Shown: piece after piece, positions 28,305 through 37,274 of the stretch
Layout: the number at the start of each line of letters is the position of its first letter
How positions within the stretch are numbered: position 1 is the stretch's first letter
DNA from: Anaerolineae bacterium CG2_30_64_16
GTDB lineage: Bacteria; Chloroflexota; Anaerolineae; CG2-30-64-16
NCBI GenBank assembly: GCA_001871755.1
Contig: MNXL01000093.1
Coordinates: 1-39,850, forward strand
Direction of reading: 5' to 3'
Length of the DNA: 39,850 bases
Notes under the pieces: generated by a model
Database searches by the model: none
What the model was told of the DNA's origin: nothing
The model's input: only the letters and a program-made list of their open reading frames with translations
Translations under genes and position numbers: made by a program

Positions 28305-29805
28305 TTCCAATAATCCGTATGGGCGTCCAGGTTGTATCCAGATCTAAAGGATAGATCGGGCGATTCACCCGGCGAAACGCCATGTCGGCCACCCGGCAGT
28401 TGGTCGCGCCGGGGCTGAAGGCCAGGATCGAACGCTGGCTGATGGCCTGGAACGGTGCGGTCAGGTAGCCCCGCTTGAGCACAACAATGCGGTAGTCGAG
28501 CGGCTCCAGACCGAGGCAACGGAGCTGGGCCGGGTCCTCGAAGCTGAGGCGGGTGGACGATAAAATGATGTCCACCCCATCCATGTTCAACACGGCAATG
28601 GGTCCGGTCTGGGCCCTTCCACGCGGCTGACGGACACCGCCTTTGTAATCTTGACCGTCAGTCAACAGCCGCACGCGCCCCGTGACTTCCAGGGACGTGC
28701 CATGAAACGTATCCAGCTTGCCACCGATAGACACGGTCACGTCCTGACCCACGCCGGCGGCAGCACAGGCTTCCACCGCCTCCACATCCCAGATGCTGGC
28801 AAAAACGACGCTCTGGGCGTCCTGGGCGAACAGTTCTGCCAGGAGTTCGGGTACGTCCGTCGTGCCACCGGCGCCGGGGTTGTCGCCGGAATCGGACAGA
28901 AAGACGGTGGATTCCCCGGCGGTCCGGGCCTTTTCGACGGCCTCGGCCATCGGATAGGCCTCGGCGCTGACGCCGAACTCGGCCCGCCGCTGCCAGAAGG
29001 TCGCCGCCAGGCGATCCGCCTCCGCCTGGGCCAGCGCCGCGTCACCGGTGGTGACGACCACCGCCGAGACACCGATGTCGGGCACGTCGGCCCAGCAGTG
29101 GCCGTTGGCCAGCGACGCCGACAGCACCTCGGGGCGCTGCTCCAGCTCGTCCACCAGGGCCATCATCGACGCCATCGGATCGAGCGCTGTCTGGGCCATC
29201 TCGCCGGGCAAGAGGAACGGCGCCTTGGCAAAGCCCATCGCCGGCCGCTTGCCCCCCTCCAGGATCCACAAGAGCATCTCGGCGGCGCGCCCGCCGGTCT
29301 CGTAGGCGTCCACGTGGGGTGCGGTGTGGTAGGCGACCATGGCGTCCACGTTGCCCACCATCTCGGCGACGATGTTGGCGTGCATGTCCAGGGCCAGGGT
29401 GATGGGCACGCCCGGACCGAGCCTGGCCCGCAGGTCGCGAACCAGATCGTTGTCAGCATAATCCAGCCCCTCGGCCCTTCGACCCGGCTCAGGGCTGGCC
29501 CGCATCGCGCCGTGGAGATAGAGGCAGGCGCCGTCCACGTCGTGGGCCTGGTCGAGAATGGCCTGCTTGAACGTTTCGTAGGCGCGGCGCTCCACCACAC
29601 CGCCGGGCATGGCCCCCGCGGCCACGGTCGGCACCAGCCCGGCGCCGCGCGCGCGCAGCGTGTCGAGGATGCCGTCCAGCGAGCTGCGACAGGGCAGGCC
29701 CTGAAGCAGTTCGTCGCCGTAGCGCACGTAAAAGTCGTCCATCGTCGTCAGGAACGGCGTAAAAGTATTGGATTCGTGGCCTACAGCACCAACCAGGATT
29801 CTCAC
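28297..29805 (-). CDS. M81-family metallopeptidase (MlrC-like)
   Basis: 502 aa. MRILVGAVGHESNTF and LHGAM...LDMHAN, with the MlrC_C-like C-terminus. GTG start. Confidence 0.75.
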   Translation of the reverse strand: MRILVGAVGHESNTFTPFLTTMDDFYVRYGDELLQGLPCRSSLDGILDTLRARGAGLVPTVAAGAMPGGVVERRAYETFKQAILDQAHDVDGACLYLHGAMRASPEPGRRAEGLDYADNDLVRDLRARLGPGVPITLALDMHANIVAEMVGNVDAMVAYHTAPHVDAYETGGRAAEMLLWILEGGKRPAMGFAKAPFLLPGEMAQTALDPMASMMALVDELEQRPEVLSASLANGHCWADVPDIGVSAVVVTTGDAALAQAEADRLAATFWQRRAEFGVSAEAYPMAEAVEKARTAGESTVFLSDSGDNPGAGGTTDVPELLAELFAQDAQSVVFASIWDVEAVEACAAAGVGQDVTVSIGGKLDTFHGTSLEVTGRVRLLTDGQDYKGGVRQPRGRAQTGPIAVLNMDGVDIILSSTRLSFEDPAQLRCLGLEPLDYRIVVLKRGYLTAPFQAISQRSILAFSPGATNCRVADMAFRRVNRPIYPLDLDTTWTPIRIIGNE

Positions 29806-29812
29806 AATGTCA

Positions 29813-30610
29813 CTAAGATAAGGCTCTGAAGCCCGTCCTCGGACGTCCCGGGGACGGGACTTGTGAGCGAATGGCCCCCAGCATCGCCCGGACGCGACTG
29901 GGATCGGTCACTTCGAGGGCGAATTCCGGCGGCCTGAGCTCGCCACCCATGAAGCAGTTCGGGTTGCGGTACTCCATGGGGCTGGCGATGGTGGCCGGCG
30001 CGGCAGCGTGCACCTCCCTGGCCCCGCTCAACTCGACGATCTTGCGGATGTTGCGCTCGTGGATCCCGCCGCCGGGCATGACGATGATCCGGTCGCCGGC
30101 CCTTTGTACCAGGTCGGCGATCAGGGCCAGCCCCTCGAAGGCCGTGATCTCCTGGCCGGAGGTGAGCACCCGGTCCACGCCCAGCTCAATCAGGTCCTCC
30201 AACGCCTGGTACGGATCGCGCGCCATGTCAAAGGCGCGGTGAAATGTGACGTTCATTGGCCGGGCCAGCTCGACCAGCTCGCCGGTGCGCGCCCTGTCCA
30301 CCGCGCCGTCGGGATTCAAGATGCCGATGACCACCCCGTCGGCGCCCAGCTTTTTGGCCATTGCGATGTCGAGCTTCATGATCTCGAACTCGCCGTCAGT
30401 GTAGCAGAAATCGCCGCCCCGGGGCCGGATCATGACCTGTAAGCCGATGTCGATGCGCTGGCGGGCAAGCTGGATCGACCCCGCGCTGGGCGTCGTGCCG
30501 CCCTCCAGCAGGTTGGCGCACAGCTCGACGCGGTCCGCGCCGCCTGCCTGGGCGGCGATGGCCGCCTCGGCAGAGCCGATGCAGACCTCAAAAATGATGC
30601 GGCCTGTCAT
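29813..30610 (-). CDS. cutC: CutC-family protein
   Basis: EVCIGSAEAAIAAQAGGADRVELC, MIRPRGGDFCY and HRAFDM. Confidence 0.8.
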   Translation of the reverse strand: MTGRIIFEVCIGSAEAAIAAQAGGADRVELCANLLEGGTTPSAGSIQLARQRIDIGLQVMIRPRGGDFCYTDGEFEIMKLDIAMAKKLGADGVVIGILNPDGAVDRARTGELVELARPMNVTFHRAFDMARDPYQALEDLIELGVDRVLTSGQEITAFEGLALIADLVQRAGDRIIVMPGGGIHERNIRKIVELSGAREVHAAAPATIASPMEYRNPNCFMGGELRPPEFALEVTDPSRVRAMLGAIRSQVPSPGRPRTGFRALS

Positions 30611-30674
30611 GTCCAGGGTTCCTCCACCAGTGAAGATCTGGTGATATGATTCGTTTGAGATTGCAGTTCCCGCA

Positions 30675-30693
30675 AGACCTGTCAGGTCTAGAC
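30675..30693. promoter_or_regulatory. overlapping palindromes AGACCTGTCAGGTCT and GGTCTAGAC (candidate operator)
   Basis: A perfect 15-bp palindrome (30675-30689) overlaps the 8-bp palindrome GTCTAGAC. It lies 65-85 nt upstream of the cutC start. Confidence 0.35.
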
Positions 30694-30698
30694 AGTGT

Positions 30699-30735
30699 GA
30701 GACTGCGAACCCCCCAGGCGGGAGCTCGCAGTCTC
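30699..30735 (-). other. 10-bp perfect hairpin downstream of the binding-protein gene
   Basis: gagactgcga / tcgcagtctc with a 17-nt loop and no clear U-tract. It is a candidate intercistronic stabiliser or partial terminator. Confidence 0.4.
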
Positions 30736-30776
30736 GTTTGCCTTGTCAGGCGTTTTGACTCACGCCAAAGCTCGGA

Positions 30777-32711
30777 CTACTGGTTGCACGGATAGAGCGT
30801 GCCGTCCAGGATCATCATGACGGCAAAGGAATCGGCGTAGGGGCTGTTCTTGTAGATCGGGTCGTCGTCCGGCAGCCAGCCACAGGTATGCAAGCCGTCC
30901 ATGGCCGGGTTGTTGCCATAGCGCTCCCAGAGTGGGATCTGGGGCAGCAGCTCATTGTAGGCCTTGGCGGTCTCGGCCACCATCGCCTTCTGGGCCGCGG
31001 TATCCAGGCCCTGGGGCATGTTGTCGATGTTGGTTTCAAAGTCAAAGTCGCCGCAGCAGTCGGTGGTCTGTTGCAGGGTGAAGCTCATGCCTGGACCTTG
31101 CGTGCCCAGGGCAGGATCGGCCGCCAGGGCGGCACCGGTGACCGCCTCACCGTTGTGGGTGTACAGATCCTGGACGAAGGAGAAGTGCGGGTGCGGGTTG
31201 CCAGAACCCCAGGCGCGAATGGCGAGCTGGAAGTTGCCCTGGTTCACGTTGATGGGGTGCTGGCGGAACTCGACGCCGCGGAAGCTGGTGGGGATGCCAA
31301 AGGCGGTGAGCTGCTCGGCCACGTTCTCGGCGGAGGCCGACCAATCGGCGTACTCGGCCGGTGCGGTCAGCTCGTACTCCATGCGGTCGCCCTTGTCGGT
31401 GACCCACACACCGTCGGCGCCCTTGGTGAAGCCCAGGCCGGTGAGGATCTGCTCGGCCTTGGCCGTGTCGTACGCGTACTTGTCGAGGGCATCGACGTCG
31501 TCCACCCAGAGCGGAACGATGTTGTCGCTAAAGCCGGTCATGTACACCACGGCTTTACCCGACTCGCCCAGGGAGACGGTGCCGTTCTCGTGGCGGTCGA
31601 TGGCGTAGGCCAGGGCCTGGCGAACCTCTTTGACGTTGAAGGGGTAGATGGTCTGGTTGAAGTAGAGTGCCGGGCCGGAGTAGATGGGCGGCCGCAGGAT
31701 GCGGACTCCCTCGCCGACGAACGCCTTTTCCGTCGCTGGCGGGAAGCCGTGGGTGGCATAATCCACCTGCATGGCCAGGACCAGCGGGGTGACGGTGGGC
31801 GTCTCGCCGTTGTAGATGTAGACCTCGTCGAACTTGACCGTGTCGGCCAGCCAGGACGACTCGTTCTTGACCAGGGTCAGGCGGGCCTCGTTGAGGCTCT
31901 TGGGGTCAACGTTATACGGGCCGGTAGCGTTGATGGCTTCGGGCCGATACTCGTTGAATTGCTGCAACAAGGCATTCCACTCATCCGAGGCCATATCCTT
32001 GCCCTCGTCCAGCAGGGCCTGCACCTTATCCGACCACTCGCCGTAGGTGGCCCGGTCCACGATGTACTCGTTGCGGATGACGTAGCGCTCGACGACGATC
32101 GAGGGCTCGCTCATGGAAAAGACGACGGTGTGGTCATCCACGGCCTCGACCTTGTCCAGGAAGCGCCAGACGGTGCCCTTGGCCAGGCGGCGGCAGTTGA
32201 AGGTGACGACCACGTCTTCGGCTGTAAAGTCGTCGCCGTTGCTCCACTTGACGCCCTCGCGCAGCTTGACGGTGAGGGTGGCCGCCTCCTGGTCAGTCTT
32301 CCACTCGGTGGCCAGAAGGGGCATCCAGGAGCCATCGGCCCAGTAGTACATGGCCAACGGCGGCTGGAACAGCGAGCGGTAGATGCCGATGGCGATAGCG
32401 TTGGTGGCGAATTCGTTGAAGTGGCCCACCGGCGGGACCTGGTAGGGATAGGCGCCGGCGAACACGCCGCCAGGCTTCGGGGTGGCCGTGATCACCTTCT
32501 CCACCTCGACCGGCTTCTCCACGACCTGGGTCACGACCTTCTCCACAACCTGGGGCGTGCCCTCGACGACGACGGTCTCTTTGACCGTCTTTTCCACAAC
32601 TTGGGTGACGACTTTTTCGACCACCTGCGGCTCCGAGATGGGTGCGCAAGCGGTGAGCAACATCGCCACCACGATCAACAAGCTGGCCATAGAAAACAGT
32701 TTCTTACTCAC
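30777..32711 (-). CDS. ABC transporter substrate-binding lipoprotein (family 5, peptide/oligosaccharide type)
   Basis: GTG start 7 nt after AAGGAGG. Lipobox LLTAC. There are repeated VVEKVVTQVVEK linker units before the SBP_bac_5-like body. Confidence 0.85.
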   Translation of the reverse strand: MSKKLFSMASLLIVVAMLLTACAPISEPQVVEKVVTQVVEKTVKETVVVEGTPQVVEKVVTQVVEKPVEVEKVITATPKPGGVFAGAYPYQVPPVGHFNEFATNAIAIGIYRSLFQPPLAMYYWADGSWMPLLATEWKTDQEAATLTVKLREGVKWSNGDDFTAEDVVVTFNCRRLAKGTVWRFLDKVEAVDDHTVVFSMSEPSIVVERYVIRNEYIVDRATYGEWSDKVQALLDEGKDMASDEWNALLQQFNEYRPEAINATGPYNVDPKSLNEARLTLVKNESSWLADTVKFDEVYIYNGETPTVTPLVLAMQVDYATHGFPPATEKAFVGEGVRILRPPIYSGPALYFNQTIYPFNVKEVRQALAYAIDRHENGTVSLGESGKAVVYMTGFSDNIVPLWVDDVDALDKYAYDTAKAEQILTGLGFTKGADGVWVTDKGDRMEYELTAPAEYADWSASAENVAEQLTAFGIPTSFRGVEFRQHPINVNQGNFQLAIRAWGSGNPHPHFSFVQDLYTHNGEAVTGAALAADPALGTQGPGMSFTLQQTTDCCGDFDFETNIDNMPQGLDTAAQKAMVAETAKAYNELLPQIPLWERYGNNPAMDGLHTCGWLPDDDPIYKNSPYADSFAVMMILDGTLYPCNQ

Positions 32712-32838
32712 AGTTCATCCTCCTTGTCAACTAAGCATTTGGTTGAACGTACAATCAGACAGTCAAACTGATTCTATGGGCTATCACCCCCTTTCAGGCA
32801 GTGGAGCGCACGATTCATCGCAACGATTCGAAGAGCAG

Positions 32839-32955
32839 TATACTGAACGGAAATCAAATGAACGCATTGGAATCGAGGCTTTAGCCGGTTTTTGCGCTTG
32901 ATTTCCGCCTAAAGGCTCGACTCCGTTTGCACTGCATCCATTTCCGTTCAGTATA
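32839..32955. repeat. 117-bp element bounded by perfect 16-bp inverted repeats with a nested 12-bp inverted repeat
   Basis: tatactgaacggaaat (32839-32854) / atttccgttcagtata (32940-32955). The inner pair is tcgaggctttag (32873-32884) / ctaaaggctcga (32909-32920), with one mismatch. Confidence 0.7.
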
Positions 32956-33015
32956 GCTTGCCGGTCCAGTCTCTTCTTATCCTGTCATTTGCTGCGATCC
33001 CCATGTTCTCCGGCA

Positions 33016-33201
33016 TTACGGACGCGCTGACCAGCGAGCCAGGACTGCAACGACGGCAACGGAAGCCAACCCCACGGCCAGCGCCAGCACATCCACGACA
33101 AACTCGGCTGTGCCAGGCGTGAGAAATGGCAACACAGCCAACGAAGCGAGCGTGATGAAGACCGCGATGCGGAAGAAAGCCTGACCTGTTCCGGGACTCA
33201 T
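33016..33201 (-). CDS. small two-helix membrane protein (61 aa)
   Basis: MSPGTGQAFFRIAVFITLASLAVLPFLTPGTAEFVVDVLALAVGLASVAVVAVLARWSARP. It starts 15 nt after the ATPase stop. No family recognised. Confidence 0.35.
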   Translation of the reverse strand: MSPGTGQAFFRIAVFITLASLAVLPFLTPGTAEFVVDVLALAVGLASVAVVAVLARWSARP

Positions 33202-33215
33202 AGCCCCAATTCCCC

Positions 33216-34196
33216 CTATCCTGTAACCCTGTGACAGGCTACCTGATGCCCGTTTTCGCCCACTGACTTCAGTTTCGGCGCTACCCGGTCGCATAGTCCT
33301 TCCTCAAAAAGCGGGCAACGCGGGTGAAACCGGCAGCCTGGGGGCAGGTTACGCAAGCTGGGAATGTCCTGACTACGGAGCGTTATCGGTTTCTTGCGCC
33401 GGGTCAAATTCGGATCGGCTTCAGGCACAGCAGCCAGGAGAGCCTTGGTATAGGGGTGTTGCGCGTTGTTGATCAACTCTGGCGTGGATGTAAGCTCAAC
33501 GACGCTACCCACATACATCACGGCGATGCGCCCTTCCCAGGCGAAGAATTTAGCCAGCGCCAGGTCGTGGGTGATGAACAGAAAAGTGACGCCCAACTGC
33601 ATCCTCAAGCGGGAGAGCATTTTGAGTAGACTGACTCGGATAGAGACATCCACCATCGAGACGGCCTCGTCGGCGACAATGAAGCTGGGATTGACAGTGA
33701 GAGCACGGGCCACAGACACACGCTGGCGCTGGCCACCGCTCAACTGGTGGGGATATTTGGTCAGGAAATCCTCAACCGGGGTCAAGTCCACGATCTGGAG
33801 CAATTCGACGACCCGCTCCCGCGCCTGCCGGCGGCCATTCACAAGATTATGATGCAATAAGGGGGCACTCAGGATCTGGTGGACGGTGTGAGACGGGTTC
33901 AGCGAGGCGTAAGGATCCTGATGGATGATCTGCACCCCCAGCCGGTACTTTCTGAAGCTTTCTTTGTCTTGCGTCCAAACATCCTGACCCTGGTACCGGA
34001 TCCGCCCACTGGAGGGTTTGAGCAAGCCGGCCAGCAGCTTGCCCGTGGTCGTCTTGCCACAGCCGCTTTCACCCACCAGACAGAGGACCTCTCCCTCACT
34101 GATACCCAGGGAGACGTCGTCCACCGCCGTCACCCTTTCGCGGCGGCGGCCAAACTGCCGGGTCAGGTTGTGCGCTTCGATGAGGTACTCGGTCAT
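33216..34196 (-). CDS. ABC transporter ATP-binding protein (OppF/DppF-like)
   Basis: Walker A GESGCGKTT, signature LSGGQRQRV, Walker B FIVADE. It has the C-terminal oligopeptide-type extension. Its start overlaps the upstream stop as ATGA. Confidence 0.88.
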   Translation of the reverse strand: MTEYLIEAHNLTRQFGRRRERVTAVDDVSLGISEGEVLCLVGESGCGKTTTGKLLAGLLKPSSGRIRYQGQDVWTQDKESFRKYRLGVQIIHQDPYASLNPSHTVHQILSAPLLHHNLVNGRRQARERVVELLQIVDLTPVEDFLTKYPHQLSGGQRQRVSVARALTVNPSFIVADEAVSMVDVSIRVSLLKMLSRLRMQLGVTFLFITHDLALAKFFAWEGRIAVMYVGSVVELTSTPELINNAQHPYTKALLAAVPEADPNLTRRKKPITLRSQDIPSLRNLPPGCRFHPRCPLFEEGLCDRVAPKLKSVGENGHQVACHRVTG

Positions 34197-35257
34197 GCTG
34201 CCTCTCCTGCTGCGACGTGCCCGGTTCCCTCCCATATGGCATCGGCGTCCCGCCGGACCTGGTCGACATGGAAACAAGCCACACTGTGATCTGGCCCATA
34301 CGGCTCCAAGGTCGGCTCCTCCTGACGACACCGATCGGTGGCATAGGGACAGCGGATGTGAAACTTGCAGCCGGTGGGCAGGTCGATCAGGTCGGGCGGC
34401 GAGCCGGGGATCGAGATCAGGTCTTGGAAATCGCCGGTCACGGTCGGCACGGCCCGGATCAGGCCCAGGGTGTAGGGATGCGCCGGCCGGTAAAAGATGT
34501 CGTAGACCAGGCCAAGCTCCACAATGGCGCCAGCATACATGGTGGCCACCCGGTCGGCCAACTCGGCTGCGATGGACAGGTCGTGGGAGATGAACATTAG
34601 TGAGAAGCCCATCTCTGCTTTCAAGCTTTTCAACAACTCCAGGATGGTGCGCTGAGTCAGGATGTCCAGGGCCGTCGTCGGTTCGTCGAGGATGATGATT
34701 TGGGGATCCAACAGCAAGCTCATGGCCAGCAGCACCCGCTGTCGCATACCGCCGCTCAATTCGTGGGGGTAGGAGTCGATGACCCGTTCCGGATCGAGCT
34801 GCACGTGGCGTAGCAGGCTCAGCGCGCGCTCGCGCATCTCAGATTGGGACATCCGCCAGTGGGCGCGTATGGTATCGTACATCTGGTCCCTGATGCGCAA
34901 CACCGGGTTAAAGGCGTTGAGCGCCGACTGGAAGACCATGGCGCATTCGCACCAACGGAAGTGTCGCATCTCGCGCCCTTTCAGTTTGAGCACGGCTGTC
35001 TCCCTCCCGCTTCGACGGTACAAGATCTCACCCTGGGAGATGCGGGCTGTCTTGACCAGCAGCCGGATGAGCGCCAGGCCCAGCGTCGTCTTGCCGCAGC
35101 CACTTTCGCCGATGAAGGCCAGGCTTTCCCTGGGTCGCAAGTCAAAGGTCACGCCACGTACGGCCTTCACCATACCTCGCTCGCCGAGATACTCTACCCA
35201 CAGATTCCGCACGGAAAGAGGATTGGTGTCCCAGATCGTGGCGTTCTCGTCCTTCAT
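34193..35257 (-). CDS. ABC transporter ATP-binding protein (OppD/DppD-like)
   Basis: GESGCGKTT, LSGGMRQRV and IIILDEPT. Confidence 0.88.
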   Translation of the reverse strand: MKDENATIWDTNPLSVRNLWVEYLGERGMVKAVRGVTFDLRPRESLAFIGESGCGKTTLGLALIRLLVKTARISQGEILYRRSGRETAVLKLKGREMRHFRWCECAMVFQSALNAFNPVLRIRDQMYDTIRAHWRMSQSEMRERALSLLRHVQLDPERVIDSYPHELSGGMRQRVLLAMSLLLDPQIIILDEPTTALDILTQRTILELLKSLKAEMGFSLMFISHDLSIAAELADRVATMYAGAIVELGLVYDIFYRPAHPYTLGLIRAVPTVTGDFQDLISIPGSPPDLIDLPTGCKFHIRCPYATDRCRQEEPTLEPYGPDHSVACFHVDQVRRDADAIWEGTGHVAAGEAA

Positions 35258-35263
35258 GTCGGT

Positions 35264-36169
35264 CTATCTCCCGGCTCGTAGTCTGGGATTAAAGATCTCT
35301 TCCAGAGAGCGGCTCATCCAGACAATGGATAACTGGAACAAAGCAATGGCGACAACGGGGGCCATGATGAAGTAGATGCTGTCTCTGAAAAAGATGGCTC
35401 CTTGCGTCCAGGCCAGGTTGATCATCACCCCCCAGTTCCTGGTAAGTGGCACCAACCCCAGGAAAACGAGGCCAACCTGGGCGTAAATCGCCGCGGTCAT
35501 GGCCAGGGTAAAGTTGATGGCGATGTAGGCCATCATGTTGGGCAGGATCTCGGAAAAGATGATGTGCCGCAGTCCCAGGCCGAGGGCAGTGGCCGCCTCG
35601 ATATAGTCCCGCTCCTTGATAGAAAAGACCTGGGCGCGAATGGCCCGGTACAGCCCGGCCCACGACAGGACGGCCAGGATCAAGGCCAGGGTGATGATGT
35701 TATTCAATGTAATCAGACCAGCCAGCACAGCCAGGAGCGGGAAGCGGGGAATGGTGAGCCAGACGTCGGCCAGGGTCGTCAGGAACGAGTCGAGTGGACC
35801 GCCGATGACGGCGCTCAAGGACCCCAGGCTCACACCGATAAAGGTGGCGATCATCCCGGTGAGGAAGGCCATGACCACGATGTCTCTGCCGCCGTGCACG
35901 ATCTGGGCCCAGATATCCTTGCCCTGGCTATCCGTGCCTAGCAGATGTTCGCGGGAAGGGCGCTCGTAGATTTTGGTGATATCGGCCTTGTGTGGCGCCG
36001 GCACAAAGTAGGGCATGATGAAAGCCAGGAAGATAAAGCCGAGGATCATCAGTGTACCGACAAAGCCCACCTTGTTCCGTGTCAGATTGCGCAAAAAGAT
36101 ACGGAAGGAATGCCCAAGATCAGATAGAAATCTGGATAAGCCATTTGCCGCTGCTGTGTTAGAGGCCAT
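35264..36169 (-). CDS. ABC transporter permease (OppC/DppC-like)
   Basis: Six hydrophobic segments and an EAA-like loop, YIEAATALGL. The ATG at 36169 lies just after the upstream stop. Confidence 0.85.
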   Translation of the reverse strand: MASNTAAANGLSRFLSDLGHSFRIFLRNLTRNKVGFVGTLMILGFIFLAFIMPYFVPAPHKADITKIYERPSREHLLGTDSQGKDIWAQIVHGGRDIVVMAFLTGMIATFIGVSLGSLSAVIGGPLDSFLTTLADVWLTIPRFPLLAVLAGLITLNNIITLALILAVLSWAGLYRAIRAQVFSIKERDYIEAATALGLGLRHIIFSEILPNMMAYIAINFTLAMTAAIYAQVGLVFLGLVPLTRNWGVMINLAWTQGAIFFRDSIYFIMAPVVAIALFQLSIVWMSRSLEEIFNPRLRAGR

Positions 36170-36170
36170 G

Positions 36171-37265
36171 TCATTCCCCTCCAGCGATCCGAACACGCGG
36201 ATCCAGCCAACCGTAGGCATAATCCGCCAGCAGGTTGGAGAGGATCACCGCCATGGTGATAACCAGGAAAATGCCCTGCATCACCGGGTAGTCGCGGGTG
36301 TTGATCGCCTCCCGCAATTGGAAGCCAATCCCCTGGTAGACAAAGATGAATTCGATGAGGATCGAGCCGCCGACGACAAAGCCAATGCTGATGGCCAACT
36401 GGGCGATGAGCGGCAATGAGGCATTGCGGCCCACGTAGGCGCTCGTGATGCGGCCCTCCGTCAGGCCTCGCGCCCGAGCCACGGTGACGTAATCCTCCCC
36501 CAGCGTGCTGATGGTATTGCTCTTCATGGTTAACAGCCAGCCGCCAAAGGTCGCCAGCACGTAGGTGGCAATGGGCAGCGCCGCGTGGAAAAAGATGTCC
36601 TTGATGAATTTCAGCGTAAAGCCCGGCTGGATGCCCGGCGTCGACGAGCCGCGCATGGCGTGGATGGGCACGATTTCCCAGCGCACCCCCAGGTAAACCA
36701 ACAAGAGAATGCCGATGATGTAATCGGGTACCGAGCTCAAGAAAGAGCCTATGGCCGACACAACCGGCTCCCAGGCGCTGTCCCGGCGATAGGCCGAGAG
36801 CATACCGAGGGTCATGCCGATGCTGAAACTGATCAGCAGGCCCACCCCCACGCTGAAGATCGTCCAGGGCAAAAACCGGGCGATGATGGCCGTGACCGGC
36901 GTCCCCGGCGAACGCAGCGAGGTGCCCATGTTGCCCTGAACCAGATTACCCATATAGTCAACATACTGCTTCCACAGCGGCGCGTCCAGGTCTATCGCAA
37001 AAAGCGAGGCCGCCTGGTCTCTGGCTTCCGGGTAGGTGAGGCTATACTGCACGATCAACTCATTGATGTACACCTCGATAGGGTTGGACGGCATCAGCCG
37101 AACCAAAAAGAAGATCAGCGTGGTCACAAACCAGACGGTGAACAGGGCTTTGCCCAGCCGCCGCACCAGGTAGTTGGAGGCGATGGTCCTCGCGATACGG
37201 CCAGGAGAAACCTTGGCCTTTCCTTGCGATGCTGTCGCTACACTCAAGTCAGACCTCCTCTTCAA
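36171..37265 (-). CDS. ABC transporter permease (OppB/DppB-like)
   Basis: N-terminal RRLGKALFTVWFVTTLIFFLVRLMPSNP and an EAA-like loop, YVTVARARGL. Confidence 0.85.
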   Translation of the reverse strand: MKRRSDLSVATASQGKAKVSPGRIARTIASNYLVRRLGKALFTVWFVTTLIFFLVRLMPSNPIEVYINELIVQYSLTYPEARDQAASLFAIDLDAPLWKQYVDYMGNLVQGNMGTSLRSPGTPVTAIIARFLPWTIFSVGVGLLISFSIGMTLGMLSAYRRDSAWEPVVSAIGSFLSSVPDYIIGILLLVYLGVRWEIVPIHAMRGSSTPGIQPGFTLKFIKDIFFHAALPIATYVLATFGGWLLTMKSNTISTLGEDYVTVARARGLTEGRITSAYVGRNASLPLIAQLAISIGFVVGGSILIEFIFVYQGIGFQLREAINTRDYPVMQGIFLVITMAVILSNLLADYAYGWLDPRVRIAGGE

Positions 37266-37274
37266 GTTGACCAG

